Shown: positions 35,342 to 45,160 of the stretch, one piece after another
Position numbering within the stretch: position 1 is the first letter of the stretch
Layout: the number at the start of each line of letters is the position of its first letter
Source: an uncultured Rivularia sp.
GTDB taxonomy: Bacteria; Cyanobacteriota; Cyanobacteriia; Cyanobacteriales; Nostocaceae
Direction: 5' to 3'
Assembly: GCA_963665115.1 (NCBI GenBank)
Contig: OY762007.1
Span: 2,752,001-2,816,000 of the forward strand
Length of the DNA stretch: 64,000 bases
Made by a program: the position numbers and the translations under genes
Notes under the pieces: model-generated
Databases searched by the model: none
Told to the model about the DNA's origin: nothing
The model's input: the letters and a program-made list of their open reading frames with translations, nothing else

Positions 35342-35409
35342 TTGGTTATAAAGAGCGATCGCACCTTCAATCTCTCCCTGTTCGCTTTTAAACCTGCCAT
35401 ATTGTGGAG
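35342..35409 (-). pseudogene. Small frameshifted TPR gene remnant
   Basis: Reads LHNMAGLKAN / QGEIEGAIALYNQ across a 1-nt shift, a typical cyanobacterial TPR unit. Confidence 0.45.
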
Positions 35410-35656
35410 TCCTTTCTTCCCATCCAACTACTGATACAACTTCCGTCCAATCTTCTATCTTAGTAATTTTTCAGACAAGATGAATGGAGTTACTTGCAAA
35501 TCACCAGCATCGGAGAGTATTTTGGTTTTTCTGGTACCGTAGGAATTTACTGAGGTTTTTACACAGTATTTATGCCATAAAAAACACAAGTAATTTAAGG
35601 TGGCTTAATCTTATTGGCTACATTTACAGTATCCTACCTATCTCTTTTAAAATCCT

Positions 35657-37333
35657 GTGTTTAAAGCTTTGCTAAGTTCTATACTTCAGTTGATTCGTAT
35701 TTTTAAAAACTTCTATTGGGAATTTAAAGGGTGTAATTTTTTAGTGCTTGGACGGGAGAAATATGATTCGAGAAAATATCAATCCGCAGTAGAAGCTTGG
35801 AATCAAAGCTTAACTTCTTATCAAAAAGCTGATTCCCAGGAAAATATCGGTGTAGTATATTCTTATTTAGGCATGGCATACAGGGAGCTATCGGAGTATG
35901 TAACAGCCTTAGAGTATTCCCATCGCGCTCTTATAATTCATCAAAAAGTTAAAAAGGGTGATTGGGAGAGAAGAACACTCTGTCATTTGGGACTAGGATA
36001 TCACTACCTGGGAGAATATACAAAGGCTTTGGATTATTTTCAGCGTAGTTTGGTTTATTGTCGGGAATTTGGCGACCGCAATTTGGAATGTCAAATATTG
36101 GGAAATATTGCGTTAATACACAGCAATTTTGGTGAAAATAGAAAAGCTCTTGAATTTAACGAGCAAGCTTTGAAAATTGCCGAAGAGATTTGTAACTCAG
36201 ATATTCGAGCAAGTATTCTGAGTCGTATTGGGCTAATTTATTCAGAATGGGCAGAACATGAAAAATCTTTGGAATACTATGAATTATCTTTAAGGTTGTC
36301 CACAAACATTAATAATCCTAGTGGTGCTTCAACTTTAACTAATATCGGTGCAATTTATCGGGATACTGGAGAATACGACAAAGCGGAATCTTATTACCAA
36401 CAAGCGTTAGACATTTTGCAAAAAACGGGTAATCTTAACCTTGAAGGAACAATTTTAGCTAACTTAGGTGATTTGTGCTGTGTAAGAGGTCAATATACCC
36501 AAGCGCTCGAATTTCATCAGAAATCGCTCAAAATTAGACAACAAATTGGCGATAGAGATGGAGAAAGTATTGTTTTATCTAATATTGGGGCAGTGTACGC
36601 TTACCAAAATAACTTATCTGCGGCATTACCATACTACCGACAGTCTTTAGAAATTTGCGAAGAAATAGGCAATATAAGCTCCAAAAGTAGTAAATTAAAT
36701 AATCTGGCACATTGTTACACTGTATGTGGCTACTATGGCGAAGCAATGGAATGTTACGATGAAGCTTTGGTAATTGCCAGTAAGACAGGCGATCGCACTC
36801 AAGAATGTACTATTTTTAGCAATATTGGACTTTTGTACAATCAGCTTGGTGAATTTCTTAAAGCTTTAGAATACGCGCAATTAGCAAAAGGATTGGCAAG
36901 GGAAATTGGAGATAAGCAAACTCTTGGATGGGCTTTTAATTGTATGGGAAATTCCTATCGAGGATTGAAAGAGTGTTCAAAAGCTCTGTCAAATTACCAG
37001 CAAGCATTACAAATATATACTACTATTGGTAATAATTCCGGTCTAGCAGATACCCATACAGATATTGGTGAGACCTATATCGACTTAGAAAGACCGCAAC
37101 AAGCATTATCCCACTATCAGATAGCATTAAATATTTATCAAAAACTAGGAACGCTATCGTCCGAATATGGTCTTCTCGAACGTATTGCTACAGCGTATTC
37201 GCAGATTGGGAACAATGCAGAAGCATTGAATTATTATCAGCAAGCTCTCGCGATTGTCAAAGAATTAGGTCACGACAACAACGAAGCCAGGATTTTAAAT
37301 CGCATTGTAGAAATACAAAATGGAGAAACTTAG
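35657..37333 (+). CDS. Tetratricopeptide repeat protein
   Basis: About twelve 40-aa repeats NIGxxY..xGEYxKALxYYQQAL. Confidence 0.9.
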   Translation: MFKALLSSILQLIRIFKNFYWEFKGCNFLVLGREKYDSRKYQSAVEAWNQSLTSYQKADSQENIGVVYSYLGMAYRELSEYVTALEYSHRALIIHQKVKKGDWERRTLCHLGLGYHYLGEYTKALDYFQRSLVYCREFGDRNLECQILGNIALIHSNFGENRKALEFNEQALKIAEEICNSDIRASILSRIGLIYSEWAEHEKSLEYYELSLRLSTNINNPSGASTLTNIGAIYRDTGEYDKAESYYQQALDILQKTGNLNLEGTILANLGDLCCVRGQYTQALEFHQKSLKIRQQIGDRDGESIVLSNIGAVYAYQNNLSAALPYYRQSLEICEEIGNISSKSSKLNNLAHCYTVCGYYGEAMECYDEALVIASKTGDRTQECTIFSNIGLLYNQLGEFLKALEYAQLAKGLAREIGDKQTLGWAFNCMGNSYRGLKECSKALSNYQQALQIYTTIGNNSGLADTHTDIGETYIDLERPQQALSHYQIALNIYQKLGTLSSEYGLLERIATAYSQIGNNAEALNYYQQALAIVKELGHDNNEARILNRIVEIQNGET

Positions 37334-37443
37334 CGTTCGGGTTGATACACAGGGCAAACGCACCTAAATTCTAGTAAATTTCCTCTTGTGTTCCACTTTA
37401 CAATTACATTTGTTGAAAAATATAACTTTAAATTTTACCATTA

Positions 37444-38256
37444 TCAAGATTCTCCCCCACTTTGCTTTTCAATAGCTTTTCTCACAACCTCAACTTCTAA
37501 ATCAAGTGCTTGAGCAATTTGCTCGACACTCAATCCCATATTTGACAAACGGGGGATTGCTTCAAGTTTTGTTGCTATTTTTGTTTTTTGTTCAACCTCT
37601 TGCTCTACTTCTTCTCGAACTTCCTGATAAAATCTAGTTTTTCGCCACTCGGTTAATCCAAACATCGCTGCTAACTCCTGTCTAGTTTGATTGGAGAATT
37701 TGTAAATCAACATCCTTTCTACTAATTCTAAAAGCTGCCGACGATTGTTTACATCTGCTTGTTGGACTTTTTGGATTAAATTTCTGGCAACTTCTACAGC
37801 TTCTTCTTCCGGAGCAACTACCAATCCAATAATCCCCAACCCAACTGAAGAAGAAGTATCACTCAATTCATCGAGATATATTACTTGTATTTGCCCATCA
37901 GATAGTGATGTCTGATACGCAATCGGAATACCTGGATCAAGGCTACGTTTAGCCCATAAAACTACTGCTTTCCAGTTTTTATCTGGTTTATACTGGTTGA
38001 GATAAACAAATGCTTCCGTAATTAATCGCCAGTATAAATCATCATCCGATTGATATTGTACCTCTACAAAGTAAATTGGGTCTTGAGGGTATTCGGGTTT
38101 GGGTAGAAATAAACCATCAATTCTTCGCGCAAGCTCTTTTATCTCTACAGAGGAAAATTCATAGTGTGAAGCTTGAGTGGGAGACTGTTGCAGTATTTCA
38201 AATAGTACGCTGGGAAGGTTTTGTAGCAGCGTGTAAAAGATTGTATCTGTTTTCAT
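37444..38256 (-). CDS. Rpn family recombination-promoting nuclease (DUF2887)
   Basis: MKTDTIFY, FSSVEIKE..RIDG, YFVEVQYQ. Confidence 0.88.
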   Translation of the reverse strand: MKTDTIFYTLLQNLPSVLFEILQQSPTQASHYEFSSVEIKELARRIDGLFLPKPEYPQDPIYFVEVQYQSDDDLYWRLITEAFVYLNQYKPDKNWKAVVLWAKRSLDPGIPIAYQTSLSDGQIQVIYLDELSDTSSSVGLGIIGLVVAPEEEAVEVARNLIQKVQQADVNNRRQLLELVERMLIYKFSNQTRQELAAMFGLTEWRKTRFYQEVREEVEQEVEQKTKIATKLEAIPRLSNMGLSVEQIAQALDLEVEVVRKAIEKQSGGES

Positions 38257-38464
38257 CCATTAAAACTTTAGAATCACTGGTAGAGCATATGTATTATACA
38301 GTAATGTTTATGCCAATTTTTATCACCAGCGACTGATATCAGGTTCGCTTAATTACTTATAAATAAAAATATGTTTGTAGTTGCGCTTTAGCGCTCCTCT
38401 CGTTGTGTTCAGCGAAGACGGCGCAACTACGAGCATTTTCATAAGTATTCATCAAAAACAGCAT

Positions 38465-39076
38465 CTAAACCAAAGCTCTCCAAGACTGTGAAAGTACTGT
38501 CCCTGCCGACTTTGCAAACACAAACGTTAATAACAAGCCTACTGCTAAATCAGGTAATATCGAACCCGTCAGAAAAACTAATCCTGCTGCTATAAGAACA
38601 GAGATATTGGCGATGATGTCATTTCTCGAACATAACCACACAGAAGACATATTCAGATTATCCCTTCTATGTCTAGCTAATAAAAACAAACAGACTAGAT
38701 TGGCAAGTAACGCTATAACTCCAATCGCACTCATAACTGTTACTTCTGGAGATACACCCGAAGAGAATTGATAGACAGCTCTAGCAAAAACTGCGATCGC
38801 AAACACAAACATGATAATTCCCTTCAAAAATGCCGATCCAGCCTGAGCTTTACTACCTTTATTAATGACATACAAACTGGTTGCGTAAACCAAGGTATCA
38901 CCTAGCATATCGAGGGAGTCTCCAGTCAAGGATATCGAATCCGCGCGAATACCTGCTCCAAACTCAACAAAGAACATTACTAGGTTGATAAACAAAACTA
39001 CCCAAAGAACATTAGCTTGCTGTTTTTTCAGCTGCGTTAGCTCAGAACCTTTGTTTTGACAACAGTTGTCACTCAT
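38465..39076 (-). CDS. Cation diffusion facilitator, transmembrane domain only (Co/Zn/Cd efflux)
   Basis: N-terminal CC, DSLDMLGD, NMSSVWLCSRND. Confidence 0.85.
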   Translation of the reverse strand: MSDNCCQNKGSELTQLKKQQANVLWVVLFINLVMFFVEFGAGIRADSISLTGDSLDMLGDTLVYATSLYVINKGSKAQAGSAFLKGIIMFVFAIAVFARAVYQFSSGVSPEVTVMSAIGVIALLANLVCLFLLARHRRDNLNMSSVWLCSRNDIIANISVLIAAGLVFLTGSILPDLAVGLLLTFVFAKSAGTVLSQSWRALV

Positions 39077-39096
39077 AATTTTCCTCTTATTCTAAT

Positions 39097-39157
39097 ATTC
39101 AAACGACCATTAGAATGATATCACAAAAAAAGTTCATTCAAACGTTGCTTAGAATGA
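39097..39157. promoter_or_regulatory. Two ArsR/SmtB (CadC-like) operators upstream of the CDF gene
   Basis: ATTCAAACG-N4-(A/C)TTAGAATGA imperfect palindrome at 39097 and 39136. Confidence 0.75.
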
Positions 39158-39158
39158 C

Positions 39159-39524
39159 TTACTCAGCAAGTTGCTTTAAGGTGTAGCAAAGAACTTCGGC
39201 TATACGTTGGTCTTTAAGAGAATAGTAAGCTAGCTTGCCATCGTTTCTATACTTTAAAATTTTGAGGTCGCGCAGTTTCCGCAGGTGATGAGAAGCAGAC
39301 GCAATCTTGACATCAAGCAAAGAAGCCACATCACACACGCAAAGCTCTTGACCATTACTCAGAGCGTGAAGAATCTTTAAGCGCGATTTATCAGCTAAAG
39401 CACCAAAAAGAATTTGAGCATTTTCGATAATATCATCTCCCGGCAGTGCTTCACCAACCTCTTGCACTAACTCCGAGTTAAAGCACTGGGTTTGGCAAAC
39501 GTCACTTTCCTTGGCTTTAGTCAC
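39159..39524 (-). CDS. ArsR/SmtB metalloregulator, alpha3N type (CadC/AztR-like)
   Basis: N-terminal CQTQC, ELCVCD, SHHLRKLR. Confidence 0.9.
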   Translation of the reverse strand: MTKAKESDVCQTQCFNSELVQEVGEALPGDDIIENAQILFGALADKSRLKILHALSNGQELCVCDVASLLDVKIASASHHLRKLRDLKILKYRNDGKLAYYSLKDQRIAEVLCYTLKQLAE

Positions 39525-39639
39525 AAATCTTGACGTACACGAGGTTTTACAACTTAATTATAGCTGAGGCGTGATCATCGGTTTATTTTTGTGACTACTC
39601 AAAAAAGCCTTCACATCAAACCAACTTTTTAAGCTATCA

Positions 39640-39654
39640 TGATAACGATTCTCA
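39640..39654. promoter_or_regulatory. Zur box upstream of thrS2
   Basis: TGATAACGATTCTCA overlapping a TATCAT -10. Confidence 0.8.
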
Positions 39655-39666
39655 TTCTAATTATGT

Positions 39667-41541
39667 ATGGTCAGTTCATTATCCCAATCTCAGGAAGGCT
39701 TGCAAGAAAAAGATGCCCAGCAACTTGAGCGGATTCGTCATACTTGCGCTCATGTCATGGCTATGGCTGTACAAAAGCTGTTTCCAGGGACAAAAGTTGC
39801 AATTGGACCAGTTACCGATACGGGTTTCTACTACGACTTTGATTGTCCGGTAAGTATTACGACCGATGATTTAGGTAAAATTGAAGCCCAAATGCGGCGA
39901 ATAATTAAAGCTAATTTACCTATAATTCGTGAGGAGGTGGAAAGGGAAGACATTCAAAAAGAAATTACAGCTTTGAATGAAACATATAAGTTAGAAATTT
40001 TAGAAAGAATTCCTGACCAAGAAATAATTACTCGTTATTTTATTGGTAGTCCCGATGCTGGTAATAGAGAATCATCATTGCTTACTGTAGATAATAAAAA
40101 TAATCCAATAAATAATACAAAACCTAATCAAGCTGATAGTTATTGGTGGGATTTATGTGCGGGACCTCACGTAAATTTTACTAGAGAAATTGATAAAAAA
40201 GCCTTTGCATTATTAAACGTTGCGGGTGCATATTGGCAAGGAGATGAAACCAAGCCGATGTTACAGCGTATTTACGGTACAGCTTGGGAAAATCCAGAAG
40301 AATTACAGGCTTTTTTGAAACAAAGAGAAGAAGCATTAAAACGCGACCATAGAAAATTAGGTCAACAATTAGATTTATTTAGCATTCAAGAAGATGCTGG
40401 TGGAGGGTTAGTATTTTGGCATCCAAAAGGTGCAACAATTCGCTACATAATTGAAGAATATTGGCGCAAATCTCACATAGAATCTGGCTATAAATTACTA
40501 TATACACCCCATATTGCTAATTTAGATTTATGGAAAACATCGGGTCATTTCGATTTTTATAATGAAAATATGTTTGATTCGATGGAAGTGGAAAAACAAG
40601 CTTATCAAATTAAGCCGATGAATTGTCCTTTCCACGTTCTAACTTATAAAAATAAGCTACATTCCTATCGAGAATTACCGCTAAGATGGGCGGAATTAGG
40701 AACAGTTTATCGTTACGAACGTTCTGGAGCGCTACATGGTTTGATGCGGGTGCGTGGGTTTACTCAAGATGATGCTCATATCTTTTGTTTACCCAATCAA
40801 ATTGCTGATGAAATTTTAGGAGTACTGAATCTTACCGAGCAGATTTTATCTGATTTTGGTTTTAATAATTACGAAATAAATCTTTCTACTCGTCCCAATA
40901 AATCAGTAGGGACAGATGAGGTATGGGAGTTAGCAACTGCGGCTTTAAAAGAAGCATTGGATAATAAAGGTTGGAATTATATTGTAGATGAAGGTGGTGG
41001 TGCTTTTTATGGGCCAAAAATAGATATAAAAATTCAAGATGCGATTGGTCGTTTGTGGCAATGTTCGACGATTCAGGTAGATTTTAATTTACCTGAAAGG
41101 TTTGATATGCAGTATGTTGCTGATGACGATACAAAAAAACGACCAATTATGATTCATCGGGCTATTTTTGGTTCGATAGAACGTTTTTTTGGAATTTTAA
41201 TTGAGAATTATGCTGGTGATTTTCCTTTATGGTTAGCGCCGATTCAATGTAGATTATTACCAGTCAGCGATGAAGTGCGAGAATATGCAGGATTCGTAGC
41301 GGGGGAATTACATAAAGAAGGATTAAGAGTAGAAGTTGATGGTAGTGGAGAAAGATTAGGTAAACAAATTCGTAATGCGGAATTAGAAAAAATTCCTGTA
41401 CTTGCTGTAGTTGGAAAACGAGAGATGGAAAACCAAAATTTAAGCGTGCGTACCCGGAAAGGTGGAGATTTAGGAGCGCTATCAATCAATGAAACAGTTA
41501 CTCATTTGCAATCGATTATTGCTTTGAATACAACGATTTAA
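39667..41541 (+). CDS. thrS: Threonine--tRNA ligase, probably the Zur-regulated paralogue (ThrS2)
   Basis: RHTCAH, DLCAGPH, KPMNCP, RVRGFTQDDAH, GAFYGPK. Confidence 0.95.
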   Translation: MVSSLSQSQEGLQEKDAQQLERIRHTCAHVMAMAVQKLFPGTKVAIGPVTDTGFYYDFDCPVSITTDDLGKIEAQMRRIIKANLPIIREEVEREDIQKEITALNETYKLEILERIPDQEIITRYFIGSPDAGNRESSLLTVDNKNNPINNTKPNQADSYWWDLCAGPHVNFTREIDKKAFALLNVAGAYWQGDETKPMLQRIYGTAWENPEELQAFLKQREEALKRDHRKLGQQLDLFSIQEDAGGGLVFWHPKGATIRYIIEEYWRKSHIESGYKLLYTPHIANLDLWKTSGHFDFYNENMFDSMEVEKQAYQIKPMNCPFHVLTYKNKLHSYRELPLRWAELGTVYRYERSGALHGLMRVRGFTQDDAHIFCLPNQIADEILGVLNLTEQILSDFGFNNYEINLSTRPNKSVGTDEVWELATAALKEALDNKGWNYIVDEGGGAFYGPKIDIKIQDAIGRLWQCSTIQVDFNLPERFDMQYVADDDTKKRPIMIHRAIFGSIERFFGILIENYAGDFPLWLAPIQCRLLPVSDEVREYAGFVAGELHKEGLRVEVDGSGERLGKQIRNAELEKIPVLAVVGKREMENQNLSVRTRKGGDLGALSINETVTHLQSIIALNTTI

Positions 41542-41562
41542 AGTTAATTTAGGCTATTAATA

Positions 41563-41838
41563 ATGGTCATTAAATATATGAGTTTTTCTTTGGGTAAACA
41601 ATTTCAGAAAGCCGGTTCTCAGAAAACTAAGCAAATTAAACAATGGATTTATCAAGCTTTGCAGATTGATGATGAAATTTCTATTTCTTTAAGTCAGTTA
41701 CAATGTACAGAACCTGGATGTCCACCAATTGAAACGGTAATTAATGTGATGACTAATCCCGTACAACAATACAAAATTCACAAATCTATTGCTGAGATAG
41801 AATATACAGATATCAGTTCGCTTAAGCAGGATAAATAA
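41563..41838 (+). CDS. Small conserved protein with a CxEPGCPP motif
   Basis: LQCTEPGCPPIETVI; lies in the thrS2 gene run. Confidence 0.7.
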   Translation: MVIKYMSFSLGKQFQKAGSQKTKQIKQWIYQALQIDDEISISLSQLQCTEPGCPPIETVINVMTNPVQQYKIHKSIAEIEYTDISSLKQDK

Positions 41839-41987
41839 TCTTTGTTATTATTTGTTGTTAATTTTTACCTAATATCGATTCCGGTTGCACCAGAATGATA
41901 AAAAACCGCAGAGGACGCAGAGGACACAGAGGAAAGGGAAAGAAGAGAAACTTTAAATAATTCCGATATAAACGGAAAAGAGATAAT

Positions 41988-42368
41988 ATGGCTTCTCACA
42001 CATTATTTGTTTGCAAATCCTGTTCTTTTTCAACTACACAACGCAATTATATGGGTCAAAGAGGTGGTAAATATTTATTAAGTAAGTTACTAGAATTGCA
42101 TCAGCAATGGTCGTTCAAGTCTGAATTTATGATTGCAGAAGTAGAATGTTTAAGTGCTTGTAAGAGACCTTGTGTTGTAGCGCTAACTGCTCCAAACAAA
42201 ACTAGTTTAATGTTTGGTGATTTACCACCATTAGAAAGTGCAGCAGATATATTAAAATTATGCGAAAAATATCGTGCTAGCAATAATGGTATAGTTCCAC
42301 GAAATGAGCGACCAGAAATTTTACAAAAAGGAATATTAGCACGAATTCCCGCACCGATAGACCAGTAG
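41988..42368 (+). CDS. DUF1636 family putative metal-binding protein
   Basis: LFVCKSC, VECLSACKRPC, FGDL, ARIPA. Confidence 0.85.
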   Translation: MASHTLFVCKSCSFSTTQRNYMGQRGGKYLLSKLLELHQQWSFKSEFMIAEVECLSACKRPCVVALTAPNKTSLMFGDLPPLESAADILKLCEKYRASNNGIVPRNERPEILQKGILARIPAPIDQ

Positions 42369-42450
42369 CAATAAAATTAATTTTACGTTTAAATAATCTT
42401 ACACAAATCAAACCTTAGTCACAAACTAGTAATAAGTACAAGGAGAAATC

Positions 42451-43491
42451 ATGACTCAACTAACTGCACCTAAATCCGATATTATTCCTAATATTCCTAA
42501 GCGAGGAATGCCAGTTACTATTATTACCGGATTTTTAGGTAGTGGTAAAACAACATTACTCAATCAAATTCTTCATAACAAAGAAGATTTGAAAGTTGCT
42601 GTGCTTGTAAATGAATTCGGTGATATTAATATTGATAGTCAGTTACTCATTTCTACCGATGATGACATGATGGAACTGAGTAACGGCTGTATTTGTTGTA
42701 CTATTAATGATGGATTGGTTGATGCAGTTTATCGCATTTTAGAAAGAGACGAACGCATTGACTATATGGTCATAGAAACTACAGGTGTAGCCGACCCATT
42801 ACCAATTGTTTTAACTTTTCTAGGTACAGAACTCAGAGATTTTACCAATATTGATTCCATACTTACTCTTATTGATGCAGAAACTTTTAATAGCGAACAT
42901 TTCCAAAGTGAAGCTGCTTTAAAACAGATAACTTATGGTGATATTATCCTCCTCAACAAAACTGATTTAGTTGGTGAAGAAAAATTAGTAGAGCTAGAAA
43001 GTTTTATTAAAGAAACTAGAGTTGGCGCAAAAATTCTCCGCACTTCTTACGGTGAAGTTGCTTTACCATTAATCTTAGATGTGGACTTGACTCCTAAAGA
43101 TGAATATTCTTCCTTAATTGAGGAAGATAGCCACGAACACCATCATCACCACCATGACCATGATCACGACCACGAACACCATCACCATCACTCAAATCAT
43201 CTAGAAAACGATGGATTTGTTTCTATTTCTTTCCAGAGCGATCGCCCTTTTGATGTGCATAAATTTGAGACATTTCTTAATGAAAAAATGCCAGAAAATG
43301 TGTTTAGAGCTAAGGGTATCCTCTGGTTTAGCGATAGCGAACTACGACATATTTTTCAACTTAGCGGTCCTCGCTATCAACTCGATGCTGATGAATGGTC
43401 TACTGCAAACCGTCAAAATCAGTTAGTTTTCATTGGTCGCGATTTAGATAAGAATGAAATTTATTCTCAACTTAATAATTGTTTACTATAG
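42451..43491 (+). CDS. COG0523 metallochaperone GTPase with a His-rich insert
   Basis: GFLGSGKTT, GCICC, long H/D tract, CobW_C. Confidence 0.93.
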   Translation: MTQLTAPKSDIIPNIPKRGMPVTIITGFLGSGKTTLLNQILHNKEDLKVAVLVNEFGDINIDSQLLISTDDDMMELSNGCICCTINDGLVDAVYRILERDERIDYMVIETTGVADPLPIVLTFLGTELRDFTNIDSILTLIDAETFNSEHFQSEAALKQITYGDIILLNKTDLVGEEKLVELESFIKETRVGAKILRTSYGEVALPLILDVDLTPKDEYSSLIEEDSHEHHHHHHDHDHDHEHHHHHSNHLENDGFVSISFQSDRPFDVHKFETFLNEKMPENVFRAKGILWFSDSELRHIFQLSGPRYQLDADEWSTANRQNQLVFIGRDLDKNEIYSQLNNCLL

Positions 43492-44035
43492 CAATCCTAA
43501 ATGATTTATGAGAAAACACCATACTCATAAATTTTTGGGAAGTCAAAAAATTGACCAGAGATTGATAGCTCAAGTAAGGCCTTAACCACAGAGAAAGAAT
43601 GACAAAAAAAGTAAAATTCTCGAATTAACCTTTTGGCTTGCAGCCAAATATCTTCAACAGGGTTTTGTTGTGGAGCATTCGGAGCAAATCGATAGGCAGT
43701 TATCAACCATTCTTCTTTATTTAAACCATTATTTAAAGATTCTAAGTAATCTTTGATTGCTTGCAAACGATGATAGCTAGCACCCTTCGGGTAAGGCTAA
43801 CGCCTCGCTCCGCTAAAACGCTTTTTGGGGGACGGAAACCGACACCCCCAACTAGACTCACCATCCCAAATTATTAAAAGCTTAGAGCCTTGACGTTGTG
43901 AACGCAAAAAATTTAAGAAGTTATTTGATAAAATCATCCAGTGACTGAATCAACATCGATACACCTATATGCTTGTTTTCATAAATACTTATTGATTATT
44001 AAGTATTTTCTCACGAATAACTTAGGATTGCTATA
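43487..44035 (-). mobile_element. Internally deleted IS630-family element
   Basis: TATAGCAATCCTAA / TTAGGATTGCTATA ends; transposase remnant IIWDG..ASYH..APNAPQQNPVEDIW. Confidence 0.85.
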
Positions 44036-44115
44036 TAGTCTAAATTATTAAGTAAACTTTGAATTTGGATATTCATGAAAATATATATCTAAATCCTAAA
44101 TATTCGATGTAATAG

Positions 44116-44646
44116 CTATTCCTTTTTTTGTATATCTTCTAGTCTTGCTAATAAAAGGTCACTTATAATTACACCCACTAGCTTAGAATCGTCATTAAAC
44201 ACTGGAACAGAATAAGTTGTTAAAAGAATATCCTCGCCAGCTTTTCCAATATCAAAGTAAGGAACGCTCCAGACAGCTTTTCTTTGCTTTACTGGAACGT
44301 CATACCAAACTGCATTGGCATACATAAATTCCTTGGCAATATCTTTACTTTGAAATCCACTTTTATTTCTGAATACGAAAGGGCAAGAACAAAGTCTTTC
44401 AGGTGAGAATGCAAAGGCACTGCCGAGTATTTCTGGTTTTTTTATTAAATGATTTGTTAAACAAGCAAAAATATCATTTATATCTACAGGAATATCCTGG
44501 AAATAAGGAACTAGTTCTTCGGTAGCTTCTTGAATAACTTTCCTTATTTTATCCCTATGGTTGGCTACTTTTTTACTTTTTAAAATAGCGAGATAGCCTT
44601 CTAAATAAGAAATATCAAAGTTAACATTTTTAAAGATATTATTCAT
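44116..44646 (-). CDS. Stand-alone Cache/PDC sensor-like domain protein
   Basis: WYDVP...VWSVPYFD...TTYSVPV...GVIISDL; no TM or output domain. Confidence 0.7.
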   Translation of the reverse strand: MNNIFKNVNFDISYLEGYLAILKSKKVANHRDKIRKVIQEATEELVPYFQDIPVDINDIFACLTNHLIKKPEILGSAFAFSPERLCSCPFVFRNKSGFQSKDIAKEFMYANAVWYDVPVKQRKAVWSVPYFDIGKAGEDILLTTYSVPVFNDDSKLVGVIISDLLLARLEDIQKKE

Positions 44647-45160
44647 TTTTTCTTAATGCTATTTCTGAATTGTCAGCGAAGTAATGATGCACCGCTACTA
44701 ATCATTAGTAGGGTGCATCAGTTTATTTTAAACAGCTGCATTTCTAAAAAGTCGAGATGCAGGCTTATTACTAAAATCTAGCCTAGTCAAGGAACAGAAG
44801 GGAGGAGAAGGAGAATCAACCCCTAAATCATTAATATCATACAAAAGATTTATACAATAAAAATTTAAATTTAAAAAGGATGTTTTTTTGCGAATTTTTG
44901 GTAAATTTTTAGATTTGGAATAAAAAAAATTTCTCAAGAAGAAAAATAATATATAATGTCTAACTGTCGATATTTTATTATGATTTATTTATCAAAACTA
45001 TATCAATAATTTAACTCGGTACCTAGCAGAGAATTGGGATTAGGGAGTAGGGAGAGGAAAAATAACATTGGTAATCTTCTATAGCTCGATAAGAATAAGA
45101 TTATTTATGTTCTCTGTTTACCATTGCCCCCCAAACTCATTTCATAATATATAGTTATTT

